Shown here one piece after another: positions 1 to 9,620 of a stretch of 30,332 nt of DNA. The position numbers and the translations under genes are program-made. Origin of the DNA: Gemmatimonadota bacterium (lineage in GTDB: Bacteria > Gemmatimonadota > Gemmatimonadetes > Gemmatimonadales > Gemmatimonadaceae). The notes beneath the pieces were generated by a model. It worked only from the letters and a program-made list of their open reading frames with translations. It did no database searches and was not told the origin of the DNA. Each line of letters starts with the position of its first letter. The first letter of the stretch is position 1. The stretch covers positions 1 to 30,332 of the forward strand of contig JANMLN010000093.1 in assembly GCA_031372565.1 (NCBI GenBank), given 5' to 3'.

Positions 1-61
1 GCGACGCGAAGGACCGGCTTTTCGCGGTTTCTGGCGGCGAAAAGCCGGTCCTTCGCGGCGC
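1..61. repeat. Long inverted repeat (21-bp perfect stem); terminator or REP-like palindrome downstream of the DASS transporter
   Basis: CGCGAAGGACCGGCTTTTCGC (5-25) and its exact reverse complement (37-57), 11-nt loop; 11 bp past the stop codon of the minus-strand gene ending at 73. Confidence 0.75.
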
Positions 62-72
62 TCTGGACGACA

Positions 73-1473
73 TCACCACCACCCCAACACCTTCCACCAC
101 GCCAGCCCGACCGTCCCGAAGATCGTCAGCGTCACCACGCTCAGCATCAAGCCGAGCCGCCACCAGTCGCGCTGGCTCACGTAGCCCGCGCCGAAGTAGA
201 TCGGTGCTGGCGTCGTCCCGAAGTGCGTGAGGCTCGCACTCAGGTTGGCCGAGTACGCCAGCACCGCGACAGCCAGCGCCGCCGGCGCACCAGCCGCCAG
301 CAACACCACGAGAAACGGCGTGAACATCGCCGACACGTGCGCCGTGATGCTCGCGAAGCCGTAGTGCGCGTACACATAGATGAGCGCCAGCGCCAGCAAC
401 GCCGCGCCCCACGGCCAGCCCACCGTGAGCCCCGCCGACCACTCCGCGAACTTGGTCGTGATCTGCGCCTCCGACAGCGCGCTCGCCATGCGAATCAGAC
501 CACCGTACCAGATGAAGACGTCCCACGCGGCCCGGTCGCCGGTGACCGATTCCCACGAGATCACCCCGGTGAGCACCAGGGTCGACACCCCCGCCAGCGC
601 CACCACCGCGTAGTCGAGCTTGTGGAGTGCCGCCGTCGCCCAGATGAGCCCGACGGTGACGAACACGAACAGCGTGATCCACTCCTTCCGCGACGGCGGC
701 CCCAGCGCCTCGAGTTCGGCGGCGGCGCGCGCCGGCGCTTCGGGGGTGCGCAGCACCTCCGGCGGATACCACGTGAGCAGAAGGCGCGGTACGAGCAGCA
801 GCGCCACGATCGCGGGTACGGCCGCGCCGAGCAACCACCGGCCGTACGTCATGTCCACCTGTGCCACTTCGCGCCCGAACCGCGCCGACAGCACGTTCGA
901 GATCTGCCCGGTCAGGAACATCGAGCAGGCGATCACGTCGCACTGGTACGTGGTGAACAGCAGATACGCACCGAGTCGCCGTGCCGTGGGCCCCGGCTTC
1001 GAGTCGTACGCTTCGGCCAGACTGGTTGCCACCGGGAAGATGATCCCGCCCGCGCGCGCGCTGTTGCTCGGCAGGAAGGCCGCGAGCAGCGTGTCGGTGC
1101 CGGCGAGCGCGTACGCGAGACCGAGTGAACTCTGGCCGATCGCACGGATGAAGAGCAGCGCGATGCGCCGGCCGAGTCCCGTGGACTGCACCGCGCTCGA
1201 GAGGAGCATGGCCGCGAACACGAGCCATGCGATCGGATCTGCATAGCCACCGAGCGCCTTCGCGGGGGTGAGCGCACCGGAGAGTGCGCTGGCCGTGACA
1301 CCGAGCAACACGACGGCCGCAGGTGGCAGCGGTCGCACGATCGAGCCCGTGATCGTGGCGGCAAAGATCGCGAGCAAGCGCCACGCCGCCACGTCGACGC
1401 CGTCGGGGCGGGGAAGCGCGAGGATGAGGGCGGCGACGCCGAGGGTGATCCCCCAGCGAGTGGCGGTGGACAT
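73..1473 (-). CDS. DASS family divalent anion/dicarboxylate transporter (2-oxoglutarate/malate translocator, CitT-like)
   Basis: 466-aa polytopic membrane protein with PSNSARAGGI, SMFLTG, HYGFASITAH and THFGTTPAPIYFGAGYV motifs typical of DASS/CitT; ATG at 1473 chosen as start. Confidence 0.88.
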   Translation of the reverse strand: MSTATRWGITLGVAALILALPRPDGVDVAAWRLLAIFAATITGSIVRPLPPAAVVLLGVTASALSGALTPAKALGGYADPIAWLVFAAMLLSSAVQSTGLGRRIALLFIRAIGQSSLGLAYALAGTDTLLAAFLPSNSARAGGIIFPVATSLAEAYDSKPGPTARRLGAYLLFTTYQCDVIACSMFLTGQISNVLSARFGREVAQVDMTYGRWLLGAAVPAIVALLLVPRLLLTWYPPEVLRTPEAPARAAAELEALGPPSRKEWITLFVFVTVGLIWATAALHKLDYAVVALAGVSTLVLTGVISWESVTGDRAAWDVFIWYGGLIRMASALSEAQITTKFAEWSAGLTVGWPWGAALLALALIYVYAHYGFASITAHVSAMFTPFLVVLLAAGAPAALAVAVLAYSANLSASLTHFGTTPAPIYFGAGYVSQRDWWRLGLMLSVVTLTIFGTVGLAWWKVLGWW

Positions 1474-1706
1474 GGAGCGCGAATATACGGTCGGTTGCTG
1501 CAGATGTGGTCCCGGATGCACGAGACGCTCGGTCACGCGGAGTGTGCACTCCAGCCGTGCTTCGGGTCGCCGGAGCTCCCTCTATCGACTCGACGCCAGC
1601 CGTTGTATCGTCCGCACATCCTGGTGGACTGGCTTGCCCGACGCGTCGACGCCGATGCCGACGGACCGGCCCACTGTCCCCGACACTCTGCGGGAGACCC
1701 GGCGTG

Positions 1707-2201
1707 ATGAACCGGTACCTGTTGTCTCTGGCGTTGCTCGCTGCCACGCCCACCTTGGCGCGCGCACAGAGTCCCCGAACTGGTGAGCTGTCCCTGTCGG
1801 GCGGCGTGCATGCGAGCTATCCCGAGGTCGTCTCTGCATCGCTCGTGATTCGGACTTCCGTCGAGCGGTTCGACGGCATGCGGTCGGGATACGCGGTCTT
1901 GCTAGAGCCAGGGTTGAACGGAGGTCGCCTGCTCATGGGTCGGGAGACCGCTGCAGGGCTGGGCATCTGGACGTCCGGCATCGGCGTACTGCGCACGTGG
2001 AACTCGCCGGCCGAGACGATCGCGGGGGTCACCTACCTGTCGTTGGAGCAGCGGCTGACAATCCAGTGGCTGACCGCTGGCATCGGATTCGGCACGCGGG
2101 TGTCCGGCGGACGGACGAGCGGGCTGTATGGGTCGGTCAACCAGCCCGGCGTCGCGTACTTCATGGTCACGGGCGTGCTGGGTGGGCACTTCGAGTTCTG
2201 A
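1707..2201 (+). CDS. Secreted hypothetical protein, possible small outer-membrane beta-barrel
   Basis: GGGAGA RBS, ATG 1707, signal peptide MNRYLLSLALLAATPTLARA-Q, Gly/aromatic-rich amphipathic segments, C-terminal Phe (GHFEF). Confidence 0.6.
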   Translation: MNRYLLSLALLAATPTLARAQSPRTGELSLSGGVHASYPEVVSASLVIRTSVERFDGMRSGYAVLLEPGLNGGRLLMGRETAAGLGIWTSGIGVLRTWNSPAETIAGVTYLSLEQRLTIQWLTAGIGFGTRVSGGRTSGLYGSVNQPGVAYFMVTGVLGGHFEF

Positions 2202-2231
2202 TACCGCCGAGCCGTCGTGGAGCGCGGCCCG

Positions 2232-4889
2232 CTACCGTGCCACGCTATCCCCCACGCTCGTCGAGATCAGCATACGGTTCGGCGCTGCGGGCAGCGTCAA
2301 CAAAACCACGCGCTTGCCATCGGCCGACACATCGTACTGTGCATGTTCACTGAAGTCCGGGAAGATGACCGGTAGCGACTGACGTCGCGACGTCACCGTG
2401 AACTCCGCGCCAGCCGACACGGTCGCGATCTCGAGTGCGGTGCTGGTCGCGTAGTACAGTTCTGATCCACCGCGTGACCAGACGGGCATCCGACCACCGG
2501 CGGTCGAGATGCGCACGCGCGGCCCCGGACCCGGCAACGGCTGCACGTACACCTCGTTCTGGCCGGTGTCCTCCGCGTGAAACGCGAGCCACTTGCCGTC
2601 CGGGGAGATGCGACCAGCCGCCGCATTGTACGGCGTCTTCACCAGCGCACGCGGCGCCGACGACCCATCGACGGGCGCGGCCCAGATCGAGCGCAGATTG
2701 CCGTCGGGGCGGTCGGTGAACACCACCCACTTACCGTCTGGCGAGAAGTCCGACGGCCACTGCGTCCCCTCGCGCTCGAGCAGCTTGCGCGGCGGGGCGC
2801 TCCCGTCGGCAGGCATGAGATAGAGATGCTTGACCGGAGGGCCGGTCGAGTCGTTCGCCGACATCACGAGCCATCGTCCGTCGCGACTCCAGGTCGCATC
2901 GTTGAAATCCCGACGTTCCACTCCACCCGATGAGAGGCGCTGATCGGTGCCACTCGCCACGTCAAAGAGCCACAAATCGGCCAGTACCGGCTTCGTCGCG
3001 TCGTACTTCGCGAACACGATCTGCCGGGCCGTCGGCGACAGCCGGGGACTCCACATCCGCGCGTGCAACAGCAACGTGCGCGGGGCGACGCCGTTGTCCG
3101 ACAACTGCAGCAGCGCTTCGGTCGACTGAGACGTCACCCAACTGACCACACCGGTGCGCGAGGCCGACACGTGCGTCGACGCCTCGAACCGCACGATCGC
3201 GCTCTGCCCGATGCGCGTCGCGGGACCGGTGGTGTCGCCGGAGCGCAGATCGAACGGCTGCCGCCACACCGAGCCGTCCACGCGCCCGAACACCAGCTGA
3301 TCCGGCGCAACGTAGCTCGGGCTGGTGCCCGGCGTCGTGACGTGAAACGCACCAGTCGCCAACGTCAACACGCCAACCGCCACGTTCGCGCCGACGGCGC
3401 GCGCGCAGAGCACGCGATCGCCGCCGGGCAGCGCCGCCAACGAGTGGAGCGATGCGGCACTGTCCGCGCCGTGTCGCACCAGCGGCTTCGGCACACCGCC
3501 CGCAGCCGGCACGCGCATGACCTCACCGCCCAGGCTGAACACGATCTCCCCATCGTCGGTCCACACGCCACCGACGAGATCGAGGCCATTCTTCAGCGTG
3601 GTAATGGTGACGGGCTCGGCGCCGTCCAGCGGCACGCGACGCAAGGCCGAGTTCGTCGCGAAGACGACCTGTCGACTGTCGGGCGAAAAGAACAGCACCC
3701 AGCTGGTCGGCTCGCTCGCAGCGAACGTGACGATGGTGCGCGCCTGCAGATTGTCCAGTGCACGCGCGTACAGCATCCATCGATCATCGTTGGACGCCCA
3801 GTACACCAGCGTGCGGCCATCCGGCGACAGCGCGGCCACGTCGCCGAGTGCATGGGTGCGATCCCCTTCGATCGTGAACAAGTAGCGCGGCGGTCGCGGC
3901 GAGGGCCGCGACGAATGCGCGATCCAACCACCAACGACGCCGAGCACGAGCGCCGCCATGGCCGCTGCCGCGACGACCGCGGTCCGCATCGATGTCGGGC
4001 GAGGTGCCGCGCCTCGCGCCGAGGTCGCGCGACGACTGGTCGCACCGGTGGTCGGCCCCGCCTGCTCGAGCGCCGAGAGAAATTGCGCCGTCGACTCGAA
4101 GCGATCTGCCGGCAATTTCGCGAGCGCGATGCTCACCGCATCCGACACGTGCGTCGGCACGGTGGTGCGCACCACATCGAGCGCTTCGGGCTCGCGCGTG
4201 AGCACGGCGGCGATCACCGCCTGCACGGTCGGGCCCGTGTGGGGTGGCTGCCCCGCGAGCATTTCGTACAGCATGCACGCGAGCGAATACTGATCGCTGC
4301 GCGCGTCGAGATCCCGTTCGCCGCCCGCCTGCTCGGGGCTCATGTACGACGGCGTGCCGAGCGACAGTCCGGTCTCCGTCAGGCGCGACCCGCCGGCGCG
4401 ACTTGCGGCCAGCGCGATGCCGAAGTCGGCGACCATCGCCTGCCCATCAAGGAGGAGCACGTTCTCGGGCTTGATGTCGCGATGAATCACGCCGCGTCGA
4501 TGCGCGTAATCGAGCGCGTTGCCGACTTCGCGCGTGATCCGCAACGCCTCATGGACCGGGAGCTGGCGTTCACGATCGAGCCGTGCACGCAACGTCTCGC
4601 CCTCGACGTAGGGCATCACGTAGTACAGCAGGCCGTCGGTCTCGCCGGAGTCGATCAAGCCGAGGATATGCGGATGCTGCAGATTCGCCGTGACGCGAAT
4701 CTCGGAGAGGAAGCGCTCGCCGCCGATGATCGCACCGAGTTCCGGCGTGAGCAGCTTGATGGCGACCTTGCGCCCGTGGCGGAGGTCATCGGCCAGATAC
4801 ACCGTGGCCATGCCGCCCTGACCGATCGCGCGATCGACGCGGTAGCGGTCCGCAACACCAGCTTGCAAGCGGGAGAGGATGTCGGCCAT
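2232..4889 (-). CDS. Eukaryotic-like Ser/Thr protein kinase with TM helix and TolB/PD40-like beta-propeller C-terminus
   Basis: GQGGMATV P-loop, VAIK, HRDIKPEN, DFG, GTPSYMSPEQ; hydrophobic segment AVVAAAAMAALVLGVVGGWIA; repeated SPDG/WSRDG motifs. Start ATG 4889 (MADILSRL). Confidence 0.92.
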   Translation of the reverse strand: MADILSRLQAGVADRYRVDRAIGQGGMATVYLADDLRHGRKVAIKLLTPELGAIIGGERFLSEIRVTANLQHPHILGLIDSGETDGLLYYVMPYVEGETLRARLDRERQLPVHEALRITREVGNALDYAHRRGVIHRDIKPENVLLLDGQAMVADFGIALAASRAGGSRLTETGLSLGTPSYMSPEQAGGERDLDARSDQYSLACMLYEMLAGQPPHTGPTVQAVIAAVLTREPEALDVVRTTVPTHVSDAVSIALAKLPADRFESTAQFLSALEQAGPTTGATSRRATSARGAAPRPTSMRTAVVAAAAMAALVLGVVGGWIAHSSRPSPRPPRYLFTIEGDRTHALGDVAALSPDGRTLVYWASNDDRWMLYARALDNLQARTIVTFAASEPTSWVLFFSPDSRQVVFATNSALRRVPLDGAEPVTITTLKNGLDLVGGVWTDDGEIVFSLGGEVMRVPAAGGVPKPLVRHGADSAASLHSLAALPGGDRVLCARAVGANVAVGVLTLATGAFHVTTPGTSPSYVAPDQLVFGRVDGSVWRQPFDLRSGDTTGPATRIGQSAIVRFEASTHVSASRTGVVSWVTSQSTEALLQLSDNGVAPRTLLLHARMWSPRLSPTARQIVFAKYDATKPVLADLWLFDVASGTDQRLSSGGVERRDFNDATWSRDGRWLVMSANDSTGPPVKHLYLMPADGSAPPRKLLEREGTQWPSDFSPDGKWVVFTDRPDGNLRSIWAAPVDGSSAPRALVKTPYNAAAGRISPDGKWLAFHAEDTGQNEVYVQPLPGPGPRVRISTAGGRMPVWSRGGSELYYATSTALEIATVSAGAEFTVTSRRQSLPVIFPDFSEHAQYDVSADGKRVVLLTLPAAPNRMLISTSVGDSVAR

Positions 4890-5006
4890 GATCAGCAGGT
4901 GCAGGAGGCGGCGCGGAGGGACGGCGTGAGACACGGTCCGTTACCGCGCACCTCCAAGGTAGCGATCCCCGGTCGCATCAACCCCCCATCGCCTCCGCTC
5001 ACGACG

Positions 5007-5192
5007 TCACCGTCCCCGCGCTTCCCGCACTTCGAGCCGCGCAATCCGCGCCTTGACCTCGGCCACCTGCCGGCTGGAGCTCGGGGTCCGCATTGCGCCA
5101 CAGCGCCGCGAACGCGCGGTACCGCGATCTGGCCGCCCGAGCTTCGCATAGGCGGTCGCCAGCCGTCCCCGGAGAGTGTCCGCCTCGGTCAT
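5007..5192 (-). pseudogene. Frameshifted relic of a kinase/TPR-type gene (TPR C-terminal tail)
   Basis: Joining two frames gives ...ARSRYRAFAALWRNADPELQP / QVAEVKARIARL..., resembling the C-terminal tail of TPR-bearing kinases/regulators; an extra G at CAG CCG G CAG breaks the frame. Confidence 0.6.
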
Positions 5193-5413
5193 GGAGACAA
5201 AAATGCCCCCGCGCAGCGCGCATTGCGAGGGTGTTGGCGAACGGGGACTGTCCTTCAACGGCGTTGCTGCACCTCAGATCGTCCACGTTGATCTCGTCGT
5301 GTGCCCGACGACTACGGCGACGTGCAGATCGTGGTGCGCCTGCAGACTGGCGGCGCGCACCCGGAGCCCACACACTTACGCACCTGTCTCCCGCCGCTCC
5401 GAGGTGTACGCCG

Positions 5414-7111
5414 ATGCTCCCTTCGCGCTCCGTTCGATTCGCCATCGGTTCCACACTGTTCGCCGCCGCGTGCGCAGGCGACGCGAAGCGCGCCCCCGAT
5501 GCCTCACCCCGCGACAGCACGCACGTCGCGCTCGCTCCGGCACCGGCACGCACCACGCCGTTCGGCAACCTTGGTGCCTATCACCGCACCATCAAGACGG
5601 GCAACGCGTCGGCGCAGACCTTCTTCGACGAAGGGCTGACGTTGCTCTATGGCTTCAACCACGAGGAGGCGTTCCGCTCCTTCACCCGCGCCGCCGAGCT
5701 TGACCCCCTCTCCCCCATGCCGCACTGGGGGATGGCGCTCGCGCTCGGCACCAACATCAACGACCCCGCGCCGGCCGATCGATTGCAGAAGGCGTACGTG
5801 CATCTGGTCGCGGCGCAGCAGCGCGCCGCCAACGGAAGCGAGGTCGAACAGGGACTCGTGGCCGCGCTCGGGCATCGCTACGGGGCCGACAGCTCCGGTC
5901 GTCAGGACACCCGCGAGGCCGCGTATGCCAAGGCGATGGGCGCGCTCGCCGCCCGGTATCCGGCCGACCCGGACGTGGCCACGCTGTACGCCGAGAGCAT
6001 GATGAATCTGCACCCGTGGCGCCTCTACAAGGCGGACGGCACCCCCGAGGCGTGGACGGGGCCGATCGTCGCCGCCCTCGAGGGAGTCATCGCGGCCCAC
6101 CCGCAGCACCCCGGCGCGAACCACTACTACATCCACGCGGTCGAGGCGTCGAACGCGCCGGCGCGCGCCATGGCCTCGGCGGGGCGTCTCGAGACGCTCG
6201 TGCCCGGTGCCGGCCACCTCGTGCACATGCCGTCGCACATCTACATCCGAACCGGGCAGTTCACCAAGTCGGCCAAGAGCAATACCGACGCATCCGCCGT
6301 CGACGAGGCGTACTTCAAGACGGCCGGCCAACCGTCGTTCTACACGATGGGCTACTACTTCCACAACCTGCAGTTCGAGGCGGCCTCGGCCATGTATGCC
6401 GGGAACCTTGGCCAGGCGCGTCGTGCCGCGCGGCGCACGGCGGAGGCGGCCGATCCAGTGGCCGACCAGATGGCGATGGTCGAGCCGTTCGCCGCCATGG
6501 AGTTGTTCGCGCTGGTGCGGTTCGGCCAGTGGGGCGACATCCTGAACGCTCCGGCGCCGACGCCGAAACCCACACGCACGCTGCAGACCGGCTTCCGACA
6601 CTGGGCGCGGGGCGCCGCGCTCGCGGGCAGCAACCGCGCGAGCGAGGCGCAGACCGAGCTCGCACTGCTGACCACAGTGCACGAGCGCGTGCCCAAGGAC
6701 GCGATGGTGGGGCCGGTGAACTGGGGCGGCGACGTGCTCGCCGTCGCGATCGCGGACCTCACAGGGCGCGTGGCAGAGGCCAACGGCAACCTCCCGGCAG
6801 CGATCGCGGCTTTCACGTCGGCGGTGACGCTTGAGGACAAGCTGGGCTACAACGAACCACCCGATTGGCTGCTGCCGGAGCGTGAACGACTTGGCGTTGC
6901 GCTGCTCGCGGCGGGGAAGGCCGCCGACGCGGAACGGGTCTTTCGCGCCGACCTCCGGAAGCACGTCGGCAACCCGAGATCGCTGTTCGGCCTCTGGCGC
7001 GCTCTCGAAGCACAGCGCTCGCCGGCCGCCGCGCAGGCCCGAAAGGAGTTCGACGCCGCGTGGACCGGTGCCGACGTGCAACTCAAGGACGACCTCCATC
7101 CCAAGCGGTGA
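5414..7111 (+). CDS. TPR-repeat putative lipoprotein with His-rich motifs
   Basis: GAGGTG RBS, ATG 5414, lipobox-like LFAAAC; AQTFFDEGLTLLYGFNHEEAFRSF, HPGANHYYIHAVE, HLVHMPSHIY, YNEPPDW motifs; helical repeats. Confidence 0.8.
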   Translation: MLPSRSVRFAIGSTLFAAACAGDAKRAPDASPRDSTHVALAPAPARTTPFGNLGAYHRTIKTGNASAQTFFDEGLTLLYGFNHEEAFRSFTRAAELDPLSPMPHWGMALALGTNINDPAPADRLQKAYVHLVAAQQRAANGSEVEQGLVAALGHRYGADSSGRQDTREAAYAKAMGALAARYPADPDVATLYAESMMNLHPWRLYKADGTPEAWTGPIVAALEGVIAAHPQHPGANHYYIHAVEASNAPARAMASAGRLETLVPGAGHLVHMPSHIYIRTGQFTKSAKSNTDASAVDEAYFKTAGQPSFYTMGYYFHNLQFEAASAMYAGNLGQARRAARRTAEAADPVADQMAMVEPFAAMELFALVRFGQWGDILNAPAPTPKPTRTLQTGFRHWARGAALAGSNRASEAQTELALLTTVHERVPKDAMVGPVNWGGDVLAVAIADLTGRVAEANGNLPAAIAAFTSAVTLEDKLGYNEPPDWLLPERERLGVALLAAGKAADAERVFRADLRKHVGNPRSLFGLWRALEAQRSPAAAQARKEFDAAWTGADVQLKDDLHPKR

Positions 7112-7148
7112 GCGCAGGTCCGCTGGCGGTTGCTTGCATGGTGGCCCG

Positions 7149-7514
7149 CTACGAGCGCCCTCGACGGCTCCGCGTGTCGCGCCAGATCAGCTTCTCATCG
7201 CGACGGGTCTCGAAGAAGTCGGCGCAACGACCGTCTCCCCCGCCGGTCATCCCACCGTCGGCGGAACAGATGACCGCGCCCGCTTTGTTGAACACCGTGC
7301 TCGGCACGTCGCAGCATCGCGGCGGCAGATAGTAGACCGTATCTCCCCGATACGTGAAGCGGGCGATGAGGGCAGGAGGATTCGCCACAGGTGCGCGCTC
7401 GAGCCTGCTGATGAGCGCGCTGACCCACGAGGGAAGATCACGCCGCGGCGCCGACTGGGCGCCCACATGCGTGACCGCGAGGGAGAGCAGGAGTGCCACG
7501 CAGCCGCTGCGCAT
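7149..7514 (-). CDS. Small secreted Cys-containing protein (DUF6970-like)
   Basis: Signal peptide, then YRGDTVYYLPPRCCDVPSTVFN...ICSADGGMTGGGDGRCADF; family assignment from recalled motif. Confidence 0.7.
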   Translation of the reverse strand: MRSGCVALLLSLAVTHVGAQSAPRRDLPSWVSALISRLERAPVANPPALIARFTYRGDTVYYLPPRCCDVPSTVFNKAGAVICSADGGMTGGGDGRCADFFETRRDEKLIWRDTRSRRGRS

Positions 7515-7827
7515 CGAGTGTCGTGGTCGAAGGGGTAAACCCGCGCGTGACCTCTGGTGTCGAATCCAATACTACGCATCATCCCGGCGGTTGGCGCCGT
7601 CTCGCCCTGGAGTGTCGCGCCCTGCCGATGCCACGCTGGCGCAGCAACTCGCCGCTCTCTACGCGGGACGAGCATCTCGCGGTTCGACTAGCGATGCCCC
7701 TTGTCGCGGTGGCCCTCGCGGCGTGAAGTTTGGAATGAAGCGCGCCACGCGCCTCAGTCCGCTTCGTGACGCCGAACCAGCGCCTCAGCGCTTGACGCAG
7801 GCCCCGTGGCTCCGCTCCATTGAAGGG

Positions 7828-8517
7828 GTGAACCAGGAGCTCATCCTCGTCGTCGACGACGAAGCCCAGATCCGCCGCGCGGTACGCCGTGCCCTCGAGG
7901 GCGACGGCCATCGCGTGCACGATGCGACGTCGGGCGCCGAGGCGCTGGACCTGGCGGCTGCCGAACGGCCCAGCCTCGTGGTGCTCGACCTCGGCTTGCC
8001 AGACATGCCAGGCATCGAGGTCTGCCGCCGGCTGCGCGCGCAGGGCGCGACAGCCATCCTCGTCCTGTCCGCGCGCCACGACGACGCCGAGAAGGTGGCG
8101 CTGCTCGATGCCGGCGCCGACGACTACGTCACCAAGCCGTTCAGCACCGTGGAGCTGCAGGCCCGCGCCCGCGCGTTGCTGCGCCGCTCGCGGCGCGACG
8201 ATCCGGCGGCCTCGACGCTCGCGTGCGGCGAGGTTGATCTCGATTTCGCGAAGCCGCTGGCCATGCGCGCCGGCGAAGTCGTGCACCTCACCAAGACCGA
8301 GTGGGCGTTGCTGCGAACGATGGCCGCGCACCTGGGCCGCACGCTCACGCACAACCAGCTCTGGGTGGCGGTGTGGGGGCACGCGCACGGCGACCCCGCG
8401 CAGCACCTGCGCGTGCACGTGCGCGCCATCCGACGCAAGCTCGAGGCCGATCCGGTGCGCCCGGCGCTGCTCGTCACCGAACCCGGCGTCGGCTACCGCC
8501 TCGAGAAGCCCGCGTGA
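7828..8517 (+). CDS. kdpE: OmpR-family response regulator KdpE
   Basis: LVVDDE, VLDLGLPD (phospho-Asp), GADDYVTKPF, winged helix ending LVTEPGVGYRL; adjacent to kdp genes; GTG start 7828. Confidence 0.88.
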   Translation: MNQELILVVDDEAQIRRAVRRALEGDGHRVHDATSGAEALDLAAAERPSLVVLDLGLPDMPGIEVCRRLRAQGATAILVLSARHDDAEKVALLDAGADDYVTKPFSTVELQARARALLRRSRRDDPAASTLACGEVDLDFAKPLAMRAGEVVHLTKTEWALLRTMAAHLGRTLTHNQLWVAVWGHAHGDPAQHLRVHVRAIRRKLEADPVRPALLVTEPGVGYRLEKPA

Positions 8518-9611
8518 ACAAGCGCGCGGCGCTCTGGGCGCTCTGGCTCGCGATCCTCGCCGTCGCGACCGCCGCCTTGGTGGCGCTGCGCGGCTCGCTC
8601 GACAAGGCGCACGTCACGGTGCTCTTCTTCATCGTCGTGCTCGGCGCCTCGGCCACGGGCGGCCGCGCGCTCGGCTTCGCGGTGTCGGGGCTCGCCTTCC
8701 TCGCCTTCGACTTCTTCTTCCTGCCGCCGTACAACACGCTCGCGCTGCGCGATCCCCGCGACGGCATCGTGCTGGCGGGCTTCGGCGTGGCGGCGTTCCT
8801 CACCGGGCAGCTCTTCTGGCGCGTGCGGCGCGAGGCCGCGGAGTCGCAGCGGCGCGCGGAAGAACTGGCGGCGCTCGCGTCCGAACGCGCCGCACTGCTC
8901 GAGCGGAGTCGCGAGGCGGAACAGCAAGCGGTGGCCGCGCGCGCCAAGGACGAGGTGCTGGCCTCGCTTTCGCACGACCTGCGCACGCCGATCACCGCCA
9001 TCCGCGCCCTCGCGCACGACCTCGCGCAGGGTGGCGACGATCGCGCGCTCGGCATCGAGGAGGAAGCGGATCGCCTGGCGCGGCTCGCGGGCAACGTGCT
9101 CGACCTCTCGCGCCTCGAAGCCGGCGCCATGCGCCTTGACGTGCAGCCCAACGAGGTCGAGGACCTGATCGGTGCGGCCTTGCACCAGCTCGCCCTCGCG
9201 CACCCCGGGTGCGACGTGCGCGTGACGCTCGACGCGCGGCATCCGCTGCTCTTCGCGCGCGCGGACTTCTCGCAGTCACTCCGCGTGTTGGTGAACCTGC
9301 TCGACAACGCGTGCCGGCATTCGCCGCCGGGTGTGTCCGTCGAACTCGATGTCGCCCTCGAGGGAGATCGGGTCACCTTCCGCGTGAGCGATCGCGGTCC
9401 CGGCCTCCCCGAGGCCGTGCAGCGGCGCCTCTTCGAGCCGTACGCGCGCGGCGATGCGGCGGGCACGAGCGGCACCGGGCTCGGTCTTTCGATCGCGCAC
9501 CGCCTCGCCGCTGCGCAAGGCGGGTCGCTTGCGTGGGTCCCGCGCACGGGCGGTGGCACGACGTTCCTCTTCAAGCTGCCGGTCGCGCAGGTGGACACCT
9601 CGGCGGAGTAG
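8514..9611 (+). CDS. kdpD: KdpD-type sensor histidine kinase, short form (4-TM DUF4118-like + HisKA + HATPase; no N-terminal, Usp or GAF domain)
   Basis: FDFFFLPPYNTL KdpD membrane motif, SHDLRTP H-box, NLLDNA N-box, DRGPG, GTGLGL; GTGA overlap with kdpE stop. Confidence 0.85.
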   Translation: MNKRAALWALWLAILAVATAALVALRGSLDKAHVTVLFFIVVLGASATGGRALGFAVSGLAFLAFDFFFLPPYNTLALRDPRDGIVLAGFGVAAFLTGQLFWRVRREAAESQRRAEELAALASERAALLERSREAEQQAVAARAKDEVLASLSHDLRTPITAIRALAHDLAQGGDDRALGIEEEADRLARLAGNVLDLSRLEAGAMRLDVQPNEVEDLIGAALHQLALAHPGCDVRVTLDARHPLLFARADFSQSLRVLVNLLDNACRHSPPGVSVELDVALEGDRVTFRVSDRGPGLPEAVQRRLFEPYARGDAAGTSGTGLGLSIAHRLAAAQGGSLAWVPRTGGGTTFLFKLPVAQVDTSAE

Positions 9612-9620
9612 GCGCGTCGT

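Noticed and set aside
1539..1552. Palindrome GGAGTG-TG-CACTCC between divergent genes
   Set aside because: Only 6-bp arms, single copy and no adjacent regulator; plausible by chance.
5093..5413. N-terminal extensions in the ORF track (also 7354-7827, 8301-8513, 16431-16730, 24724-24852, 28798-28896)
   Set aside because: Low-complexity sequence upstream of better starts that have an RBS, a signal peptide or stop-start overlap.
7515..7827. Possible c-di-AMP or other riboswitch upstream of kdpE
   Set aside because: I could not find the conserved ydaO-type or c-di-GMP sequence blocks; an Infernal/Rfam scan would settle it.
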